Shown here one piece after another: positions 58,250 to 64,000 of a stretch of DNA of 64,000 nt; within the stretch, counting starts at the first letter, position 1; each line of letters starts with the position of its first letter. A program made the position numbers and the translations under genes. The DNA comes from an uncultured Acidobacteriota bacterium (lineage in GTDB: Bacteria > Acidobacteriota > Vicinamibacteria > Vicinamibacterales > UBA8438). Under the pieces are notes generated by a model. It ran no database searches. It was not told where the DNA came from and saw only the letters and a program-made list of their open reading frames with translations. The stretch is from the NCBI GenBank assembly GCA_913043225.1, contig CAJWLU010000012.1, positions 32,001-96,000 on the forward strand, written 5' to 3'.

Positions 58250-58798
58250 CCGGTGGTGGTGACCAGTTCGGCCCTGCCTCAAAGAGCGGGAAAGTATTGC
58301 TCGACAACGTGAATTGTTCATTGTCGTAGGTCACCGCTTGCAAGCCCAAGAGGTCACTTCCCGTCACCATTAGCAGGGTGATGTACCCGCACAGGGCGGT
58401 TGCTAGCACCTGTAGCCCCAGGCATGCCTTGTCGATCGACCCTTGGGTCAGTGCACCGGCCTGCGCAACGCGAAATCCGGAGAAGGTCAGGACGCCAACA
58501 AATACAGCGCCCAACGTCGTCAGCAGGTTGGCTTCCAGGCCACGAGCGATTCGTCCGATAGTTCCCAGCGGAACGGCGAGCATGAAGTTGCTCAGCAGTG
58601 CGATCACGACAATGAGGCCGATACGCTTGTGTAGAGCAGTGCCCTTGGTTTTGGCAAGTACGAAACCGCCGCCGACGAGTGTGATCAGTCCCAGGGCGAT
58701 GTGGACCTGGACGAGGAGCCCCAACAGACCGGCGTAGCCAAGTTCCTGCTGGTACGAGACGTCGATGATTTTCTCGATAAGCTCCGCGGCTTGAGCAG
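58250..58798 (-). pseudogene. DUF2306-like membrane protein fragment truncated at both ends
   Basis: HIALGLITLVGGGFVLAKTKGTALHKRIG plus TM helices; frame open back to the tRNA 3' end with no ATG/GTG. Confidence 0.55.
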
Positions 58799-58886
58799 TG
58801 GTGCGGAAGGGGGGACTTGAACCCCCATGGGACTAAGTCCCACTGGCTCCTGAAGCCAGCGCGTCTGCCAATTCCGCCACTTCCGC
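58799..58886 (-). tRNA. tRNA-Leu (anticodon CAG)
   Basis: Acceptor GCGGAAG/CTTCCGC, anticodon arm CTGGC-TTCAGGA-GCCAG, long variable arm, GGTTCAAGTCC, encoded CCA. Confidence 0.97.
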
Positions 58887-58938
58887 AGTGGGGGAGTGCA
58901 ACCCCTGGCGGGGCCTTCGGCCGGTCAGCCGAAGGCTC

Positions 58939-58975
58939 AGTATACCGGAGTCCGAGACGGCGGTGCACGTATACT
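58939..58975. promoter_or_regulatory. Divergent -10 boxes for tRNA-Leu and sppA
   Basis: TATACT on minus strand at 58939-58944 and on plus strand at 58970-58975. Confidence 0.45.
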
Positions 58976-59086
58976 CAAATGGGAATGGGCCGTGCTGTTT
59001 TGGTCCGAGGGAATCGAGACCGGTGCGCCGAGCGTGCCGTGGCGCCGGGCGACCGCCGGTAGCCGGAACGAGTAGAAGGAGATACC

Positions 59087-60838
59087 GTGGCAATGCACCG
59101 CGGCGTGAAGTTCATCTTCGTGTTCCTGCTTCTAGCGGTCATGGCCTCCATGGGCGGCATGGTGGCGATGTACTTCTTCGTCTCTGGCAGCGCGCCCTCG
59201 GTCAGCACTAACTCGGTGCTGGTACTCCCGGTGCCGGGCGGCCTCAGCGAGCGCGAGGGTAACCCGCTCCTGACCGCTTTTGCCGGTCCGGGGGCGACGC
59301 TGGCCAGCGTGGTGGAGAGCCTGCGCAAGGCCAAGGTCGACCAGCGTATTCGCGGCGTTATTCTGGCGCCGGCGGGGCCGCAGGTTTACTGGGGCAAGGC
59401 GCAGGAGATTCGCGATGCCATCGTTGACTATCGCGAATCTGGCAAGCCCATCGTGGCGTTCCTCGAGTACGGCAGCACGCAGGAGTACTACGTGGCCTCT
59501 GCGGCCAACAAGGTGTTCCTGAAGCCGGGGAGTCCGCTCGATCTGGTGGGCGTGGCCAGCTACGAGATGTTTCTGCGGGGGCTGTTCGACAACATCGACG
59601 CCTACCCTGACATGCTCAATGCCGGTGATTTTAAGACGGCGGCCAACCAGTACACCGAGACCACGATGACGCCTGAGCATCGTGAGATGGCGGAATCGCT
59701 AAACAACGATCTCTACGAACAATTGGTCGAGGGGATCGCCGATGGGCGCAAGCTGGACGAGGACGAGGTTCGGCGCCTGATCGATGAAGGGCCGTTTCTG
59801 CCGAAAGATGCACTGCAAGCCGGCTTGATCGATGGCCTGGTCTACGCCGACGAACTGAAGCGGCAGCCGCCGTTCGACGAAGTCAACTGGCGGGAGATCC
59901 ACGACAGCGAGTATCGCCAGCTGAGCCTGGAGTCGGTCGGACTGAACCGTGGCCGGCGCATCGCGCTCGTCTATGCGAACGGCACCATCAACAGCGGCGC
60001 CGGCGGCATCGATCTGCTCGGCGGCGAGGTGCTCGGATCTGACAGTGTGATTCGCTCGATTCGTGCCGCTCGCGATGACGATTCGGTGCGCGCCATCGTA
60101 CTGCGCATCGACAGCCCTGGAGGCTCAGCTGTCGCCTCGGACGCCATCTGGCGCGAGGTGGGTCTGGCGGCTCAGGAGAAGCCGGTCATCGCCTCGATGT
60201 CCGACCTCGCCGCCTCGGGTGGCTACTACATTGCAATGGCGGCCGATGCCATCGTGGCGCAGCCGGGCACGTTGACCGGGTCCATCGGCGTGGTGGCCGG
60301 GAAGATTGCCACCGGTGGGACCTACAACAAGCTCGGCATTACGGTGGAGCCGGTCGCGGCCGGTCGCTTCGCCGGCATCTACTCACCCGTGGCGCCGTTC
60401 ACCGACGACGAGCGGTTGAAGATGCAGGATCACATCGACGCCATTTACGATGATTTCATCACCAAGGCCGCCGAAGGGCGAGACACCACGCCAGACGCTA
60501 TCCACGAGGTGGGGCAGGGCCGCGTATGGACCGGGCGCCAGGCCAAGACACACGGGCTGGTGGACGAACTGGGCGGTATAGGGCGGGCGGTAGCCCTGGC
60601 GAAGGACCAGGTGGGGCTCGACCCCGACGAGGATGTCGAACTCGTGGTCTTCCCTCGTCCCCAGAGCCTGTTCGAACTGTTGAACAACGGCTTCTCGGTG
60701 TCTGGCGCCCTGGCCCGTTTGGGCTGGTTGCCGCCCTCGGCCGAGATGGTGGCCGTAGCGGCTACCCAGCCGCTGCATATGTTCCGCCCGGGCGAGCCGC
60801 TGGCTATCCTGCCTGGGGCGTTGGTGCCTGGCCAGTAG
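59087..60838 (+). CDS. sppA: Signal peptide peptidase SppA (long form)
   Basis: YYVASAA, GDFKTA, LRIDSPGGS, AASGGYY, TGSIGV, GRVWTG. Confidence 0.95.
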   Translation: MAMHRGVKFIFVFLLLAVMASMGGMVAMYFFVSGSAPSVSTNSVLVLPVPGGLSEREGNPLLTAFAGPGATLASVVESLRKAKVDQRIRGVILAPAGPQVYWGKAQEIRDAIVDYRESGKPIVAFLEYGSTQEYYVASAANKVFLKPGSPLDLVGVASYEMFLRGLFDNIDAYPDMLNAGDFKTAANQYTETTMTPEHREMAESLNNDLYEQLVEGIADGRKLDEDEVRRLIDEGPFLPKDALQAGLIDGLVYADELKRQPPFDEVNWREIHDSEYRQLSLESVGLNRGRRIALVYANGTINSGAGGIDLLGGEVLGSDSVIRSIRAARDDDSVRAIVLRIDSPGGSAVASDAIWREVGLAAQEKPVIASMSDLAASGGYYIAMAADAIVAQPGTLTGSIGVVAGKIATGGTYNKLGITVEPVAAGRFAGIYSPVAPFTDDERLKMQDHIDAIYDDFITKAAEGRDTTPDAIHEVGQGRVWTGRQAKTHGLVDELGGIGRAVALAKDQVGLDPDEDVELVVFPRPQSLFELLNNGFSVSGALARLGWLPPSAEMVAVAATQPLHMFRPGEPLAILPGALVPGQ

Positions 60839-60857
60839 AAGACGTGGCTAGAGCCGC

Positions 60858-62780
60858 CTAGACGGCAATCGCCTGCGCGAACGCCGCCATGTCGATGTCG
60901 ATGGCCAGGCGCGTCTTCGCTTTCTCTATGTAGGCGACAAAGAACTGGTTCTGGCGTAGCGCCATCAGTTCGTCGCGCAGCGTCTCGCGAGTGGCCGCGA
61001 AATCGACCGGGTCGGCCTCCTGGCGCTCGTGCACGTGGAGAATGACGGCGCTGTTGCCGGTTAGGACCGGGTCGCTGGTCTCACCCGCATCCATCGAGAA
61101 CGCCATTGCCTCGACCGACGCGTTCAGTCCGACGCCGGGCACCGCGGCGCCGCGGGCAATCAGTTCGCTGCTGTTCACGGTCAGCTCGTCCGCCTCGGCA
61201 GCCGCGGTGAAGTCTTCGGCCTCTTTGAGCTGTGCGGCCACGGCATTGGCGCGCTCTTGCGCGGCCACGAACGCCTTGCGGCGGATGACGTCGTCACGGA
61301 CTCGCGCTTCCACCTCGTCCAGGGGCGGGACATATGGGTCCTGCACGTCGGTCACCGTGACAAAAGCCGGGCCGGTCGGCGTGGTGATGGGGCCGGCTAC
61401 TTCGCCTTCTGCCAGCTGAAACGCCTGGGTGGTTACTTCGGGTGAGAAGCCAAGACCCAGAATCGGCTCGCCAGGTCCGGCAAACCCGCTCTCCTGTGCC
61501 TCGAGCCCGCGCCGCTGGGCGGCGACGGTCATTTCCTCGGGCGTGGTGATCTCGGCCGCCATCGCCTGGGCCAGCGCCTCGGCACGGGCTTGGGCGCTTT
61601 CCTGCTTCAGCAGCTGGACGATGCTCTCGCGGACCTCGTCGATGGTCTGTGACTCGCCACCGCTCTTTTCGGTGGCCTTGATCACGTGGATGCCGAACAT
61701 GCTGCTGACCGGGTCGCTTACCTCGTCCTGGGCCAGCGCGAAGGCTGCGCCCTCGAACTCGGGTACCATCTGGCCGCGTTCGATCGGGCCTAGGTCGCCG
61801 CCGGCTTCTTTCGTGCCTTCGTCCTCGGAGTACTGCCGCGCCAATTCGGCGAAGTCGGCGCCCTCGCGCGCCTGGGTCGCCAACTCCTGCGCTTGGGCCA
61901 GCACCGCGGCCTCGTCCTTGCCCTCGGTCCGCAGCAGGATGTGGCTGGTGCGGAGGTTCGTGGGCTGGGTGTAGCGCCCGGTGTTGTTGTCGTAGTAGGC
62001 CTGCACCTCGGCGACGCTCGGATTGAACGCGTCCTGCAGGGCAGGCACATCGATCAACACGAACTGTAGCCGGCGCTTCTCGGGCACGAGATAGTCGTTT
62101 GCGTTTTGCGCGTAGAGCGCGTCGACATCGTCTTCGGTGGCCTCGATGCCCTCGCGGAAATCGTCGGCGCGGAAGGAGATAGCGCTCAGCCGCACCCGTT
62201 CGTTGCGTGCTTCGTGCTCTTTCTGCAGATCCTCGTCGGCCACCGTGATCCAGTCGGTGACGGCGGCCTGCAGCCGCTCGAGCATCAGCGAGCGGCGAAC
62301 TTGCTCCTCGAAGTCGGCCGGCGTCATCGGCGGCTGCTGCACGCGCAGCATCTGCATGTAGGCCTCTTCACCGATGAACACGCCGTTCTGTTGGAAGAGT
62401 GGCAGCGAGAGAATCCGCTCCCGAATCTCGGCGTCGGTTACGACCACGCCAAGTCGCTCGGCCTCCTGCAGCGCCGCATACTCGTCGATCATCTGCTGCA
62501 GCAGCTGACGGTCGATCCCCATCGACTGCAGGATCTCCGGCGTGATCTCACCGCCCGACTGGGCGCGGTACTGATTGAGTTGCGCCAGGTAGACGCTGCG
62601 GAATTCGCCGATCGTGATCTCCTGGTCGCCCACCTGCGCGATGACATCGGTGAGGGCGCCCGGGGTCTCGGGCTGCGGCTGAATCAGCGGGAAGCCGAGA
62701 ACCAGCAGCGCGAATCCGGCGAGAGCCAGCGTCCACTTTAGCCACCCGCGGTGGCGGCGCATGCGATCGAGCGTCGTCAT
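60858..62780 (-). CDS. SurA N-terminal / PpiD-like peptidylprolyl isomerase
   Basis: LDRMRRH plus TM anchor; parvulin motifs SHILL, FAELARQYSED, GGDLG, MVPEFE, GIHVI. Confidence 0.9.
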   Translation of the reverse strand: MTTLDRMRRHRGWLKWTLALAGFALLVLGFPLIQPQPETPGALTDVIAQVGDQEITIGEFRSVYLAQLNQYRAQSGGEITPEILQSMGIDRQLLQQMIDEYAALQEAERLGVVVTDAEIRERILSLPLFQQNGVFIGEEAYMQMLRVQQPPMTPADFEEQVRRSLMLERLQAAVTDWITVADEDLQKEHEARNERVRLSAISFRADDFREGIEATEDDVDALYAQNANDYLVPEKRRLQFVLIDVPALQDAFNPSVAEVQAYYDNNTGRYTQPTNLRTSHILLRTEGKDEAAVLAQAQELATQAREGADFAELARQYSEDEGTKEAGGDLGPIERGQMVPEFEGAAFALAQDEVSDPVSSMFGIHVIKATEKSGGESQTIDEVRESIVQLLKQESAQARAEALAQAMAAEITTPEEMTVAAQRRGLEAQESGFAGPGEPILGLGFSPEVTTQAFQLAEGEVAGPITTPTGPAFVTVTDVQDPYVPPLDEVEARVRDDVIRRKAFVAAQERANAVAAQLKEAEDFTAAAEADELTVNSSELIARGAAVPGVGLNASVEAMAFSMDAGETSDPVLTGNSAVILHVHERQEADPVDFAATRETLRDELMALRQNQFFVAYIEKAKTRLAIDIDMAAFAQAIAV

Positions 62781-63284
62781 GATGCAATCAACTCCCTGAA
62801 CGGGTGGTCCGTACCGTAGGTAGCGAAGCCACACCCGAATTCTCGATCTTACGGTACCGGTTCTGAAAGCGGCAAGCGCTGACCCAGAATGAGACACCCC
62901 ACCGGATTGCGGGTGAGCTGGGGTGGAGGGTTGCACTACATTGGTGCGTCCGAGGCCCCCAAATATGTTACATTTATGCGGTACTGAAGGACTTAGGGGA
63001 ACTGACAGAACAGACCTGAGTATGGCGGCACGGGGTCACAGCAAGACGGCAAGACAACGCCAGACGCCACCCCGGCCAGGTCTGACGGTTGCCGTTGTTC
63101 ATCACGCCGGGCCAGACGTCGAGGCCCATCTGGCTCGCCTGGCGCGTCAGCGCCGCTACCACTTCGCCTACTGTTTGCAATTAGCGCTCCAGTCGACCGG
63201 CTGCTGCAGGCGGTCGAAGACGCCATGTACTGGGGCAAGGCCCATGGGAAGGACGGTATCCAACTGGCGAGTGCCGTCGCGTGA

Positions 63285-64000
<716 letters not shown>

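Overview
High-GC bacterial chromosomal segment. Gene content (many PQQ dehydrogenases, an expanded family of secreted proteins ending in EYACHEGN, PEGA, DUF4159, SppA-SurA-MreB) suggests Acidobacteriota, probably Vicinamibacteria/subdivision 6; this is inference only. Most genes encode exported or periplasmic enzymes: peptidases (M20, an M16 pair, M14), hydrolases, six full-length PQQ-type dehydrogenases plus a sorbosone-dehydrogenase type, six paralogues of an uncharacterised secreted family, a dihaem cytochrome and a secreted triple-Rid protein. The most striking locus (52.0-58.0 kb) holds two cytochrome c/PHM-type copper monooxygenase fusions with all six copper ligands retained. Also present: a larE/Ni-transporter pair, an RRM gene with a probable ATT start, IS/MITE remnants, several pseudogene fragments and a tRNA-Leu(CAG) whose 3' end abuts a decapitated gene. 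The window ends in housekeeping genes (sppA, SurA/PpiD-like, mreB). No CRISPR array, rRNA or intact mobile element was seen. Family assignments are from motif recognition by eye.
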